Below, in pieces: positions 38,453 to 51,740 of a stretch of 64,000 nt of DNA; positions within the stretch are counted from its first letter, which is position 1, and each line of letters starts with the position of its first letter. Location: positions 320,001 through 384,000 of the forward strand of contig CAVXRD010000001.1 of the NCBI GenBank assembly GCA_963764165.1, given 5' to 3'. The notes under the pieces were generated by a model. The model was given only the letters and a program-made list of their open reading frames with translations, was not told the DNA's origin and did no database searches. The stretch comes from an uncultured Verrucomicrobiae bacterium (GTDB taxonomy: Bacteria > Verrucomicrobiota > Verrucomicrobiia > Limisphaerales > Palsa-1400). Position numbers and translations under genes: made by a program.

Positions 38453-39587
38453 CTACGCGCGGAAAAAGCGCATGGCCAAAACATTTGCCACGAGTCCGAA
38501 CGCCAGCAAAACACTCATCGGCAGCAATGCCGCTTCAATGCCCGCGCCGAAGCTGATGAGTTGATTAAGCGCGGCCAGCGCCCAGCCCGTCGGAAAACAG
38601 AGCGCCACCGTTTTAAAAATGGGCGGCGCGATCTCCATCGGCCACCAGCAGCCGCCGAGCGCGCCCATCATCAGGCCGGCCAGAACACATATAGGCACCA
38701 CGCGGTCTTCCGACGCGAGCACGCACCCGGCCAAAACTCCAGAGCGTGCCTCCCACCCACGAGAGCAGCAGGAGCACAAGGAAAACGCCGGGAAAGTTCG
38801 CTCCAATGTTGACGTGAAAAACAACTTTTCCCAACACAAGGAAATACGCGACCTGCGCCGCGCCCAGCAACGTGTTGCCGTAAATCTTTCCCAGCACAAT
38901 TTCCATTTTCGAGGCGGCGGATGTGGTCAGGCGCTTAATGACTCCGTTGCGGCGGGAGGCCGCCATCGAAGTGCCGCCAAAGATCAGCAAGTTCAGCATG
39001 ACATACATCACGAGATTGCCGGGGAGCGAGAAATTGTATCCGGACGGCACCGGCTTCCGGCCCGCGAAATGCGAATCCAGCGTGACCGGATTCGGCGCCT
39101 TCATAATCTCGTGCAGCGATTGATCGGTGAGATTGGAAAGGCTGCCTTCCTTGCCGACGGCTTCCAGCAAATGCCCGTTCAATCCGACCAGCGCACGTGT
39201 CAAGCGAAGGTCCAGCATCGCGCCATCCGCTTCCCCCGCCCCCTCGGCGTGAATGAATGCGAGTTTCGTCCGTTCGCCGCGCAGCGTGCGCTCGGTGAAA
39301 TCGGCGGGAATATGAAGCTCGCGAACAGGCTTATCGGTGTTGGTCGGCGAGAGCACCCACATGCCTTCGGCGCCCATTTCTTCAAGGAGCGTTTTCGACA
39401 AAAAATTTGTGTCGTCGTTGAAAATTTTCACCGGCGCGGTGCGGTCGCGCGCGTCGCCGGGCGCCTTGTTGACACTGCCGAGAAAGTAAACCATCACCGT
39501 CGGAATCAGAAACAGCCAGACGTAGGCGGTGCGGCTGCGAAAGAAAATCCGGAGGTCATTATGGCCGATGGTGAGAATTCGATTCAC
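38453..39587 (-). CDS. ABC-2 type permease with an apparent frameshift near 38740
   Basis: VNRILTIGHNDLR...IVLGKIYG in one frame; GVLAGCVL...LGGCWWPMEIAP in another. Confidence 0.8.
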
Positions 39588-40885
39588 TAGCGAAGCCCCT
39601 TTCCAAACCGCCGTTTGAAGGCAAAAGCCGCAATGGCGACGCATGCAATGCCAGTCACCAGTAATTTTGCCGCGGGCGAACTCCAACCCGCGCCAGGCCA
39701 CCAAAGACCGCGCCCGGCAGTCGAAAACCAAAACGTTGGCAACAGCGGCATGATGCTCTCGCGCAGGAATAGCGGCATATTGTCGGGTGGAAACATGCAG
39801 CCGCCAGCCATGCTCAAGACCATGCACAGCATATTATTGAGCGCGTTGGCCCGCCGTTCGTCGGGCATGAGCGCGACCGTCACCGACATCAAACCGGCGC
39901 AGAAAACAACATAGGCGACCGTCAGCGCGGCCAGTTGCAGCGGATGCGTCCAATGAAAATGAAACATCACCTGGCCCGCCCCCAAAATGATGGCCGCGCC
40001 GATCGAGACAACGACCGCCGTAAAAATCACCTTCCCGATGATGAACGGGAGCAAGTTCTCGTGCAACGTCGTGTAGCGCTCAAAGGTCCGCTTTTGCAAT
40101 TCCTTGTGCAAATCGTTCATGCCCTGGCTTGCCAGCATCAGGAGAAACATACCCGCCATGCCGACGAGCATGTAGGCGAACAAATTGAATTTCTGCTCCG
40201 GCTCTTTCGCGGCGCCAGTCGGCGCGCTGGCGGCGACTGCGTTGGTGGCGGGCCTGGCTGCCGCGTCGCTTTGCTCGGCCAGCGCGTTCGTAAAGGTGAT
40301 TAACGGTGGGAAAAGGTAGCCGCGGGCGGCGTGCAATTTATTCCCCGTTTCATCAACCAACCGGGCGATGTCGTGGTAGTCGGATTTGTCCTCGATGACC
40401 GCGCGCCACTTTGGAAATTCGCCGTTCAAGTTTCGGGAGATGGCGTTTAATCCGCTAACCACCACGCCAAATAGCTCGTTCAGAACTGTCGGGTGAATTT
40501 GCTGGGCCGGATTCTTGATCAGTTCGAGTTGAACTTTCTCGCCCATTAAATAGTTTGACGTGAAATTCGGGGGAATGACGAGAATGGCGGCGAGTTTGTC
40601 ATCCCTCAATTGCCGCTCGGCCTCTTCGCGTTCGAGGAAAACTGGCTCGAGAAATTGGCCGCCCTTCCCTTGAGTCGCCGCGCCGCGCAAAATGTCCGAG
40701 ATCGCTGACTTGTCATTTTCCACCACGCCAAATCGAATGCGCCCGATGCTGTTGTCGCCCCCCTGCCCGCCGAACACTAATCCGACTATGGCCGTGATGG
40801 CGATGGGCAGCGCCAGATTCAAAAGCCAAGGCAGCGGATTGCGAAATACCCGCCGCAGATCTTTTTCTATAAGGGCGCGCAGCAT
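39587..40885 (-). CDS. ABC-2 type permease
   Basis: KDLRRVFRNP, IIGK, AGGCMFP. Confidence 0.88.
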   Translation of the reverse strand: MLRALIEKDLRRVFRNPLPWLLNLALPIAITAIVGLVFGGQGGDNSIGRIRFGVVENDKSAISDILRGAATQGKGGQFLEPVFLEREEAERQLRDDKLAAILVIPPNFTSNYLMGEKVQLELIKNPAQQIHPTVLNELFGVVVSGLNAISRNLNGEFPKWRAVIEDKSDYHDIARLVDETGNKLHAARGYLFPPLITFTNALAEQSDAAARPATNAVAASAPTGAAKEPEQKFNLFAYMLVGMAGMFLLMLASQGMNDLHKELQKRTFERYTTLHENLLPFIIGKVIFTAVVVSIGAAIILGAGQVMFHFHWTHPLQLAALTVAYVVFCAGLMSVTVALMPDERRANALNNMLCMVLSMAGGCMFPPDNMPLFLRESIMPLLPTFWFSTAGRGLWWPGAGWSSPAAKLLVTGIACVAIAAFAFKRRFGKGLR

Positions 40886-40886
40886 G

Positions 40887-41819
40887 TCACTCGCGAAGCT
40901 GGCGGCCTGTCAACTGCAAGAACACGTCGTTCAAGCTGGGCCGTTTCAGCGAGACGTTTTGCAAATGAATGGGCAGCGCCAGCAGTTCCTTCAGGCAATC
41001 GGACGGATCGCGCTTGCCGACAGCCGCCACCACCAACTGTTTTTCGGACTTCTGCAAAATCATGAAATGCTCGGTGAATCCGTCCCATTGCGCGGGCGAG
41101 CTTTGGCCAAAATCCGCCTCGACCGTGAACACCAGCCCCTGCCCCAGCCGCTCCTGCAACTGGCCCAGCGTGCCCTCGGCCAGCACTTTTCCGTGATCGA
41201 TGATTCCGATGCGCTGGCAAAGGGTCTCCGCTTCTTCGAGGTAATGAGTCGTGTAAAGAATGGCCGTGCCGGAGGCGCGCAAGGCCAGGATGAATTCCAA
41301 AATTTTATTCCGCGCCTGCGGATCGATTCCCACAGTTGGCTCGTCAAGCAAAACAAGTTTGGGGCGGTGCATCAAGGCGCAGCCGAGATTGATGCGGCGT
41401 TTCATGCCGCCGGAATACGTCTTGACAGGATCTTTGGCGCGGTCTGTCAACGAAAGGGCCTCCAGAAGTTCCGCGCCCCGCTGCTTTGCTTCGGACGCCT
41501 TCAGTCCCGCAATGCGCCCCCAAAATTCCAGATTCTCGCGGCCGGAAAGCTCCTCGTAAAGCGCCAGGTCTTGCGGCGTCACGCCCATCGCTTTTTTTGC
41601 ATCGGAAGGGCTGTCGGAAAACGCCCTGCCATTGACGAAAATCTCGCCGGAATCCGGCTGCAGAAGCCCGCAGACCATCGAGATGGTGGTGGTCTTGCCG
41701 GCCCCGTTCGGGCCGAGCAGCCCGTAGACCTCGCCGGCGGCGACGTTGAAACTGACACCGTCCACCGCCCGGTTTGCGCCAAATGTTTTGGAGATTGCGC
41801 TGACTTTGAGTGCGTCCAC
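40887..41819 (-). CDS. ABC-2 type ATP-binding protein
   Basis: GPNGAGKTT, YSGGMKRR, LDEPTVGIDPQ. Confidence 0.93.
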   Translation of the reverse strand: MDALKVSAISKTFGANRAVDGVSFNVAAGEVYGLLGPNGAGKTTTISMVCGLLQPDSGEIFVNGRAFSDSPSDAKKAMGVTPQDLALYEELSGRENLEFWGRIAGLKASEAKQRGAELLEALSLTDRAKDPVKTYSGGMKRRINLGCALMHRPKLVLLDEPTVGIDPQARNKILEFILALRASGTAILYTTHYLEEAETLCQRIGIIDHGKVLAEGTLGQLQERLGQGLVFTVEADFGQSSPAQWDGFTEHFMILQKSEKQLVVAAVGKRDPSDCLKELLALPIHLQNVSLKRPSLNDVFLQLTGRQLRE

Positions 41820-41927
41820 GACGCGATAGTAGAATTCTTTCGCGCGACGGCAAGATTATATGCTTTACAAAGTCCGCCGCTGTTTGGAATTGACTTAACT
41901 GCCCCTCAAGCGTGGCAGGCTTGGGCT

Positions 41928-42557
41928 CTACTTTTCCCGCGCGTAGGTGATTTCCATGACTTTGACCTCTTTGCCAGCCTGAATTTGAAAAAATTCCATC
42001 ATGCGGTGGTCTTTGTCCAAGGCCTTTACCTTTTGGCGCATCTTCATTGTAACGCCGGGCATCGGCTGTTCGTCGCCTTCGTAGGTCAGTGTCTTGGTGG
42101 CCGGATCGTAGGTGCCTTCCAGCAACATGATGCCCGTGCCCATGTTATCGATCCACGACGCCACATATTTCTTCTTGGTGTTGTCGTAACCCTCAGTGGC
42201 CATGCCTTCGTATTTCGCGTCCATCGGCTTCCCATCCGGCCCGGGCACGGACATTTTGCCGCTGTTTTCGGAAATGAAATACCGGCCGTCCATCACGGAT
42301 TTGGTGACGCTCACGCCGCTGGCCTCCATGGGCGGGGCGTCCGGGCTCATCCACCATTTGACTTTGTATTTCCAGGTGCCGACCGCTTCCTCCAGCGTCT
42401 TATGGTTTTCGCCGGGCTTTGCCATTTCCGCCATGGCCGCCATCGCCTGGGCTTCGGGGCCGCCGGCTGGCTTGGCGTCCTGGGCTGCAACAACAGCGCT
42501 CAAGGCCAGGGTCAATAACGAAGTGGTCAAGTGAATTGAAAATTGGACATTCTTCAT
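41928..42557 (-). CDS. DUF1579 family secreted protein
   Basis: PGENHKTL, GYDNTKKKYVASWIDNMGTG, MEITY. Confidence 0.85.
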   Translation of the reverse strand: MKNVQFSIHLTTSLLTLALSAVVAAQDAKPAGGPEAQAMAAMAEMAKPGENHKTLEEAVGTWKYKVKWWMSPDAPPMEASGVSVTKSVMDGRYFISENSGKMSVPGPDGKPMDAKYEGMATEGYDNTKKKYVASWIDNMGTGIMLLEGTYDPATKTLTYEGDEQPMPGVTMKMRQKVKALDKDHRMMEFFQIQAGKEVKVMEITYAREK

Positions 42558-42724
42558 AATGCAATCTCCAGATTTATGGTCTTGGTTTGAAAAAGGAACG
42601 GCAACAACCCATTCACTCGCACGAGGGCAGGTCGTCGGTATCGTTCGGGCGAAACGGAGCATACGCCGTTCTTCGGAAGCGTAAAGCAAAAATTCGGCGA
42701 CAACGGGGCTGCCCCGCAACATAA

Positions 42725-44932
<2,208 letters not shown>

Positions 44933-45304
44933 AATTAAACAGGAGTTTTCATGGACTGCGTCCACCACCCATGATGAAAAGCTGTTTTCACGGGAGAAAA
45001 TACGAGGAAGCGCAGGTAAAAGGATTCCTCGCCGTTTTTTCAGCGGGATTCGGTGCTCTTCTGAAACTGCATTGAACACCTGTCCGCAAATCCCGAAGGG
45101 ATTGTTTGGCGGGCTGACGCCGCATTCCGGGAAGACTTCACCTCTGCGCCCTCGGTCCTCCTCTTGTTCCAATCTTTTCAGTCCTGCACGCACTGTAAAA
45201 CAAACCATATTTGCTTGCGCGACGGGCACAGAGGTTGCACTATCACTCCTGCAATCGCTGGCAAGGAATTGAGCACCCTTGTCGACAGCAGCGAGCAGGA
45301 TTAG

Positions 45305-46645
45305 ATGAGCAAAACAACATTTGCAGTCGCAGCATCCCGCGGCGGCTTTATGGCTGTCTTGGCATTCCTTGGTCTTGGCGTTGTGCCGTTAACAACGTTG
45401 GGTGAGCCTTCGCTGGGCAAGCCCATTATTCCCCCACCCCCATCCACAGCGCCACGGTCTGCCGCTGCGGCGAAGCCAGCGACGAACCACCTTGAACTGA
45501 CCGCCAGCCAAGTCGCCCTGACCGATGCCAACACCGGCTTCGCGTTTGGGTTGCTTCAGCAAATTTCCGCGGAAAACCCCGGGGCGAACATTTTCATTTC
45601 GCCCTACAGCGCTTCGACCGCGCTGGAAATGGTGTCGCTTGGAGCCGCAGGAGAAACGCTCATTCAATTCCAACAAACGCTCGGCCTCACGAATCTTGAA
45701 ACATCCGCGCTCGAGACGGCCAGCAAGGCCAACGCCTCCATCGTCAGCGCCAAAAGCTCCAGCTTCCTTCTCTCCACGGCAAATTCGGTCTGGTATAAAA
45801 AAGGCCTGAAGGTCAACCCTGAGTTCTTGAAGGAGAACGAATCGTATTTCGGCGCGAAAGTTGAGGCGCTCAATTTCCTAAACCCGACCGCTTCCCACAC
45901 CATCAATTCCTGGGCTTCGCAGGCAACCCACGGCGAAGTCAAGGATATCGTCGCCTCGCTGGATCCCCGCACGCAGATGATTCTAGCCAACGCCGTTTAC
46001 TTCCGCGGCTCGTGGCAAACCGCGTTTGATCCCAAGCAAACCAGCATCCAGCCGTTTTATACGGAAGGCGGCGGACAGGTCCCGGCGCATATGATGTCGC
46101 AAACGGGCACTTACAATTACTCAGCCGTGAACGGCTATCAGGCCATCGAGCTTCCCTACAAAGGGGGCGATATGGCCATGTATGTTTTTCTTCCCGGACC
46201 TGGAACGAACGTGCAGGATTTTGTGAATCTGATGAGCGGATCGTGGTGGCAGCAAACTGTTCCTTCCGCGTTTTCACCGATGCAAGGCACGATTGATCTG
46301 CCCAAATTCAGCCTGAATTTTTCGGTCGGCATGATTCCGGCGCTGGAATCCATGGGCATCACCAACGCCTTTTCGAGTGAGGCGGCTGATTTCAGCGGCA
46401 TCACCACGACAGAACAGCTCTACATCTCGCAGGTCAACCAGCAAGCCGTTGTCGAAGTCGACGAAAAAGGAACGGTAGCCGCCGCCGTCACGACAGTCAC
46501 CGTGGCAGCCGGCGCGGTTCCTCAGCCAGGCACGCCTTTTGTCATGAACGTTGACCGCCCATTCGTATTTTTCATCGAGGACTTGCAAACGAAAACGGTT
46601 TTGTTCTCGGGAACGGTGCTTAATCCGAGCGCGGCGGGGAATTGA
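45305..46645 (+). CDS. Secreted serpin (serine protease inhibitor)
   Basis: NIFISPYS, NAVYFRGSW, LPKF, EVDEKGTVAAA hinge, VDRPFVFFI. Confidence 0.93.
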   Translation: MSKTTFAVAASRGGFMAVLAFLGLGVVPLTTLGEPSLGKPIIPPPPSTAPRSAAAAKPATNHLELTASQVALTDANTGFAFGLLQQISAENPGANIFISPYSASTALEMVSLGAAGETLIQFQQTLGLTNLETSALETASKANASIVSAKSSSFLLSTANSVWYKKGLKVNPEFLKENESYFGAKVEALNFLNPTASHTINSWASQATHGEVKDIVASLDPRTQMILANAVYFRGSWQTAFDPKQTSIQPFYTEGGGQVPAHMMSQTGTYNYSAVNGYQAIELPYKGGDMAMYVFLPGPGTNVQDFVNLMSGSWWQQTVPSAFSPMQGTIDLPKFSLNFSVGMIPALESMGITNAFSSEAADFSGITTTEQLYISQVNQQAVVEVDEKGTVAAAVTTVTVAAGAVPQPGTPFVMNVDRPFVFFIEDLQTKTVLFSGTVLNPSAAGN

Positions 46646-46704
46646 CTGAACTTCACGAAGTTTCTGCCCGTTTCCGCACCTCGTCACTCGCCGGCGCTGG
46701 CGAT

Positions 46705-48042
46705 TTACGAGGCGATTTCGAGAATAACGGGGTGGTCAGTCAACTGCAAAGTGACTCGGTCAAGCAGATCTTGCGCCCGCACAGCATCCGTGCCCACGGT
46801 CGGATCGTAGACTTTCACCGATCTGCCGCGGCCAAATTTTACTTCGACGCTGTTTGTGCCCTTCGTCAATTCGCTCCAGACGGCCAGAAAGAATTTTCCG
46901 CCGCTTTTTTGAAGGAGCATGTCATGCACCGTTTCCGCTTTGTTGGAAATGTCGCACGTCATCTTGCCCGGGCTTGCCAGCTTTCCGGAATCGGCGAGAA
47001 TAGAGGTTAAATTGTGCAGGTAAACGGCGGATTTTCGGGCGGTGGTGTAATCGCTTTTGTAAAATCCGCAGGAGCCATCCGGGTCATCCATCATCTCGTA
47101 GACAAAAGTGTATTTCCAGCCAGCCTGAAATTGATCGAGGAACATGTTCAGGAAAACTTTCCCCTGCGTGTCGTCGCCAGCGGGCGTGTTGTCCGTCCAC
47201 CAGCCTGTCTCGGTCGTCACCTTGGGCAGTGTTTCCAGCGCCGCCACCGGATAGCCCTGAAAATGCATGCGCCAGGTTCGCCCGTGATTTCCGAACAATC
47301 CATCGATCCCCGGAACATCCGCCGCTTCGGCTGCCTTGAATGGTTGATTGTCAATAAGACCTTTGAGATGGCCGCAGACGTAATTATGGACATTCGCAAA
47401 ATCGGCAAAGCGCGTTCCATCAGGCATCAGGCAATGCGCGCCGTTCGGGATCGTCAAGTATTGCAATCCGACATTGTCGATTTCCGCGCCCATTTCGCTC
47501 GAGCCGAAGACGGGGTATTTCTTGAGAGTCGCATCGCGTTTGACGGCGTTGTAAAGATCGCGCTGAAATCTCGCCACCGGAAGCCAGGTGCCATTGGTCA
47601 TTCCAGAATCCTGCCCCTGGTAATGCACGCCGCCGAAATTATTCGGCTCATTCGGGCCTTCAACCGCGAGCAGCGCGCCCGCATCCGCCAGAATTTTCGC
47701 GGCGGCGATGGTTTCGGTGAGAGCGCTATTGGTTGTCTTTGTGCGCTGATTGAGAAAGTGGTCTGACGCGCCGCTTCCAGGCCCGAAGGCCACCATGACT
47801 CCTGCATCGCTGTGAACCTTGAGAAGGCCGGAAATGTCGTAATTGCCGTCCGCCCCATCGCGAACATTCCGCACGCCGAGATATTTCAACGGCTCGACCA
47901 TTCTCGCGGCGTCGTAGCCGTGCTGGATGTGGACACAGACGCCGAGGGAATTGAGAAAATCGCTGGCGCTGGCGGCCGTGGTTTCGGCGCCTTGGGCCGC
48001 AGACGCAACGGATAACAAAAGCCCGAGGGCAACGCGATTCAT
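46705..48042 (-). CDS. Secreted clan GH-A glycoside hydrolase-like protein
   Basis: Signal peptide, EGPNEP (acid/base), NVHNY, TETGW (nucleophile). Confidence 0.75.
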   Translation of the reverse strand: MNRVALGLLLSVASAAQGAETTAASASDFLNSLGVCVHIQHGYDAARMVEPLKYLGVRNVRDGADGNYDISGLLKVHSDAGVMVAFGPGSGASDHFLNQRTKTTNSALTETIAAAKILADAGALLAVEGPNEPNNFGGVHYQGQDSGMTNGTWLPVARFQRDLYNAVKRDATLKKYPVFGSSEMGAEIDNVGLQYLTIPNGAHCLMPDGTRFADFANVHNYVCGHLKGLIDNQPFKAAEAADVPGIDGLFGNHGRTWRMHFQGYPVAALETLPKVTTETGWWTDNTPAGDDTQGKVFLNMFLDQFQAGWKYTFVYEMMDDPDGSCGFYKSDYTTARKSAVYLHNLTSILADSGKLASPGKMTCDISNKAETVHDMLLQKSGGKFFLAVWSELTKGTNSVEVKFGRGRSVKVYDPTVGTDAVRAQDLLDRVTLQLTDHPVILEIAS

Positions 48043-48091
48043 GCTGGCAAGAATATTGGAAGCAAGCAAGCGATGCAACCCGCTAGACGGA

Positions 48092-48187
48092 GCGCGGCTG
48101 TGTCGAAGACCAGCCGCAGCCACGTGGAATTGACCGACGCGCCTGGCAATGGAAACGCGCTGCGGCTGGTCTTCGACACAGCCGCGC
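48092..48187. repeat. Repeat family C: 29-bp perfect inverted repeat downstream of aspS
   Basis: GCGCGGCTGTGTCGAAGACCAGCCGCAGC and its reverse complement; degenerate copies near 30549 and 34166. Confidence 0.85.
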
Positions 48188-48199
48188 CCCTTTCCAATT

Positions 48200-49999
48200 T
48201 TACTCTTTCTTCGGAAGTTTCACTTCCAGATACAAATCGCGCAATTGCCGCGCTTCAACTCCAGCCGGCGAGTCCGTCATTAAGTCGGCGCCTTTGGCGG
48301 TTTTGGGGAAGGCAATGACGTCGCGAATGCTGGGCGTTCCGCACAGAATGGCAATCAAGCGATCAAATCCCAGCGCAATGCCGCCGTGCGGCGGCGCGCC
48401 GTAGCGAAACGCTTCCAGCATGTAGCCGAACCGCGCCTTGACCAAATCCGGCGGAATTTGCAGCACCTGCTCGAATACGATCTTCTGCACTTCGGGCTGA
48501 TGAATTCGAATCGATCCCCCGCCCAACTCCACGCCGTTCACCACAATATCGTAATGCTGGCCGCGAACCTTTTTCGGATCGGTGGTGAGAAATTGAATAT
48601 CGTCCGCCACCGGTGCGGTGAACGGATGATGGCTGGAATACCAGCGGTTCTGTTCCTTGTCGAACGCGAGCAATGGAAAATCCACCACCCACAAAAAATC
48701 AAAACGATTCGGATCGATCGTTAGTTTCCCGCGTGTCCGCAAAATATCAGCGCAGTAAATGCGAATTTTTCCGAGAATTTCGCAGGCATTGAGCCATTGA
48801 TCGGCGGCGAACAAAATCAAGTCGCCTTCCTCGATCTTCAACTTTTCAACCAGCGCCGCTTTTTCCGTATCGTTGAAAAATTTGACTATGGGAGATTTCC
48901 ATTCGCCATTCTCCACCTTGATGTAAGCGAGGCCTTTCGCGCCAAAGCTCTTGGCGTATTCAGTCATCGTTTCGATCTGGCCCTGCGTCGCGTCGGCCAT
49001 GCCTTTGGCGTTGAGGGCTTTGACCGCGCCGCCGGCGGCAATTGCGCCGCTGAAAACCTTGAACGTGCTCTTGCGAAATTCCTCCGTGAAATCCACCAAC
49101 TCCATCCCGTAGCGGGTGTCCGGCTTGTCGATGCCGTAACGGTTCAGCGCCTCTTCAAATGAAATGCGCTTGAATGGCGTCGGAATTTCCATCCCCAGCG
49201 CCGTCTTCCAAATGCGCTTCAGCAAACCCTCGATCAAAAGGTAAATGTCCTCGCGCTCGATGAAAGACATCTCCAGATCGACTTGAGTGAATTCAGGCTG
49301 GCGATCGGCGCGCAAATCTTCATCTCGATAGCAGCGGGCCAGTTGAAAATATCGCTCCACACCACCGACCATGAGGATCTGTTTGAATTGCTGCGGCGAT
49401 TGCGGCAGCGCGTAAAATTTTCCGGGATGCACGCGGCTCGGCACCAAGAATTCGCGGGCGCCTTCGGGCGTGGATTTGAAAAGCGTCGGCGTCTCCACTT
49501 CCAGAAATCCCTGCTCGTCAAAATAGACGCGCGTGGCCGTGGCCACTTTGCTGCGCAGGCGAAGATTCCGCACCATTTCAGGCCGGCGCAAATCGAGGTA
49601 GCGATATTGCAGGCGCAATTCCTCGTTGACGTTCTTCGCGACCTCTGGGTCGTCCACTGGGAATGGCAGCACCTCCGCCATGTTCAGCACATCCAAGGTC
49701 TTGACGCCGATTTCGACTTCGCCCGTGGGAATCTTGGTGTTGTTTGTGCCAGCCGGGCGGGCGCGAACAACACCAGTCACCGTCACGACGCATTCGCTTC
49801 GCAGCGAGGCAGCGCGGTCAAAAAGCTCCTTGGCCAAATCCGACGGATCGAAAACGGTTTGGGTGCGCCCCTCGCGGTCACGAACGTCAATAAAGATTAA
49901 TCCGCCGAGATCCCGCCGCGAATGGACCCAGCCCGAGAGAGTTGCAGTCTGGCCAATGTGGGCCGGACGCAGCTCATTGCAGTGATGCGTGCGTTTCAT
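48200..49999 (-). CDS. aspS: Aspartate--tRNA ligase
   Basis: STPEGAREF, ALPQSPQ, YRDEDLRADRQPEFTQ, GAPPHGGIALG. Confidence 0.97.
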   Translation of the reverse strand: MKRTHHCNELRPAHIGQTATLSGWVHSRRDLGGLIFIDVRDREGRTQTVFDPSDLAKELFDRAASLRSECVVTVTGVVRARPAGTNNTKIPTGEVEIGVKTLDVLNMAEVLPFPVDDPEVAKNVNEELRLQYRYLDLRRPEMVRNLRLRSKVATATRVYFDEQGFLEVETPTLFKSTPEGAREFLVPSRVHPGKFYALPQSPQQFKQILMVGGVERYFQLARCYRDEDLRADRQPEFTQVDLEMSFIEREDIYLLIEGLLKRIWKTALGMEIPTPFKRISFEEALNRYGIDKPDTRYGMELVDFTEEFRKSTFKVFSGAIAAGGAVKALNAKGMADATQGQIETMTEYAKSFGAKGLAYIKVENGEWKSPIVKFFNDTEKAALVEKLKIEEGDLILFAADQWLNACEILGKIRIYCADILRTRGKLTIDPNRFDFLWVVDFPLLAFDKEQNRWYSSHHPFTAPVADDIQFLTTDPKKVRGQHYDIVVNGVELGGGSIRIHQPEVQKIVFEQVLQIPPDLVKARFGYMLEAFRYGAPPHGGIALGFDRLIAILCGTPSIRDVIAFPKTAKGADLMTDSPAGVEARQLRDLYLEVKLPKKE

Positions 50000-50027
50000 T
50001 TGAACTGCGAAGGAAATTGCCGGGGCG

Positions 50028-50330
50028 CTAAATCTCGAAATCGAAAATCAAAATGTTTTCCACCAGGGGCGCGGCGCCGGTCTTGAAGCGTTCGTGCTCG
50101 GGGTGAACCAAATAAGCGTCGCGCGCCCCAATATCCGAAAAAGTCATGATATAGCCGTGAGTCATCCCTTGATTGGGCTCTCCCACGCTGCAATTCGTTC
50201 CCGAAACGTAGTCATCGATTCCCGGCACCGTCTCCGACAAATCCAGCACATCGTCGAAGAACTTCGTGATCAGGTCTTCGCCCGTGCCGTCTTTAAACTT
50301 CAAAAGGACAATATGTTTTACCTTAGACAT
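50028..50330 (-). CDS. Dabb (stress-responsive A/B barrel) protein
   Basis: HIVLLKFK, THG, YLVHPEH. Confidence 0.85.
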   Translation of the reverse strand: MSKVKHIVLLKFKDGTGEDLITKFFDDVLDLSETVPGIDDYVSGTNCSVGEPNQGMTHGYIMTFSDIGARDAYLVHPEHERFKTGAAPLVENILIFDFEI

Positions 50331-50548
50331 GGGGTTAACTTAGTTTTTTTTGCCGCTGGCTCAAGCCTTATTCTCATAATTCATGCGTCCCGGAAAGCAC
50401 GTCCGAAAGCCACTTCCCGGTTTTTCGCCTCAAAAATCGTTGCGTGCTATTGCGCCCTGTTGCGCCTTGATTTTTGATCACGTAAATTGCGCCTTCCGAA
50501 CTCGGGAAAAGTGGCCGGAGCCGTTTTCGGGGGTTGGGATGCATCAAA

Positions 50549-50620
50549 AATATTGGGGCGGCGACGCAGCACCGCCCCGCCTCAATTGGCAGGGCGGACC
50601 TGCGTGTCCGCCCCAATATT
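50549..50620. repeat. REP family B doublet
   Basis: Near-identical to 30645-30717. Confidence 0.85.
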
Positions 50621-50699
50621 CTCCCCGCCTCCGGACACGCCCCCGCCGCTCGCTTTGTTTCTCGCTTGCGACTCCTTCCACGATACAATCGCTAATCGC

Positions 50700-51725
50700 G
50701 TGCCTACTCTGCTGGCCATTGAAACGTCCTGTGATGAAACGAGCGCTGCTGTCATTTGTGATGGCGTGGTGCTCGCCAATGTCGTTTCTTCGCAAACGGC
50801 CATTCATGCGGAGTATGGCGGCGTGGTTCCAGAATTGGCGGCGCGGGAACATTTGCGCAATCTGCTCCCGGTGACGCGGGAAGCGATGCGGCTCGCCCAT
50901 ATTTCACCGCGGGATTTGGATGCGGTCGCGGCCACGCGCGGGCCGGGTTTGCCCAACGCCCTGCTCGCCGGCCTCAAAGCGGCCGAGACACTCGCCTACA
51001 CCTTGCGCAAGCCGATGCTCGGCATTCACCATCACGAAGCGCATCTTTACTCGCCCTGGATCACCGGCGAGCCTCCGCGTTTTGATGCAGCGAGTTTCGA
51101 GCCGTCCGTTTCGCTGATTGTCAGCGGCGGGCACACGCTGCTGGTCCTGGTGCGCAATATGTTTGACCACCGCGTCCTTGGCTCGACGGTCGATGATGCG
51201 GCGGGAGAATGTTTCGACAAGACCGGAAAATTGATGGGTTTGGTGTATCCGGCGGGTCCGGAAATTGACCGACTTGCGGCGCAGGGAAATCCCAAAGCGT
51301 TTGCATTCCCGCGCCCGATGATTCATGAACCGCACGATAATTTCAGCTTCGCGGGCTTGAAGACGTCCGTGCGCTATTTTCTCCAGAAGCAGCCTGCCCT
51401 GCTCGATGACCCAAAAACCTTGCGCGATGTCTGCGCCAGCGTGCAGGCCGCAATCGTCGAAGTGCTCGTCACAAAAGCGATTCGGGCGGCGATGCGCCAC
51501 GCCGTTCCGTGCGTGACTGCTTCCGGCGGGGTGGCGTGCAACAGCGCGTTGCGGCGCGAATTGGAGTCCGCCGCCAGGAAGGCCGGCCTGCGCTGCCGCT
51601 TCTCCGACAGAAAGTTTTCGACTGACAACGCCGCGATGATCGGTATTTTGGCCGAGCGCAAGTTGATGGCCGGCCTGGCGGAAATTCCGCTGGACACTGA
51701 GATCGAGCCGGGCTGGGCCCTTTGA
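50700..51725 (+). CDS. tsaD: tRNA N6-adenosine threonylcarbamoyltransferase
   Basis: IETSCDET, GGVVPELAAREH, HHEAH, DDAAGECFDK, TDNAAMI. Confidence 0.96.
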   Translation: MPTLLAIETSCDETSAAVICDGVVLANVVSSQTAIHAEYGGVVPELAAREHLRNLLPVTREAMRLAHISPRDLDAVAATRGPGLPNALLAGLKAAETLAYTLRKPMLGIHHHEAHLYSPWITGEPPRFDAASFEPSVSLIVSGGHTLLVLVRNMFDHRVLGSTVDDAAGECFDKTGKLMGLVYPAGPEIDRLAAQGNPKAFAFPRPMIHEPHDNFSFAGLKTSVRYFLQKQPALLDDPKTLRDVCASVQAAIVEVLVTKAIRAAMRHAVPCVTASGGVACNSALRRELESAARKAGLRCRFSDRKFSTDNAAMIGILAERKLMAGLAEIPLDTEIEPGWAL

Positions 51726-51740
51726 TTTGCCACCAATTAC

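Noticed and set aside
38730..38750. Frameshift in ABC-2 permease as programmed frameshift or phase variation
   Set aside because: Single-base indel with no slippery or repeat tract; sequencing error or recent mutation is more likely; needs reads
44933..45304. Riboswitch or sRNA in the long intergenic region before the serpin
   Set aside because: No recognisable consensus by eye; needs an Rfam/Infernal scan
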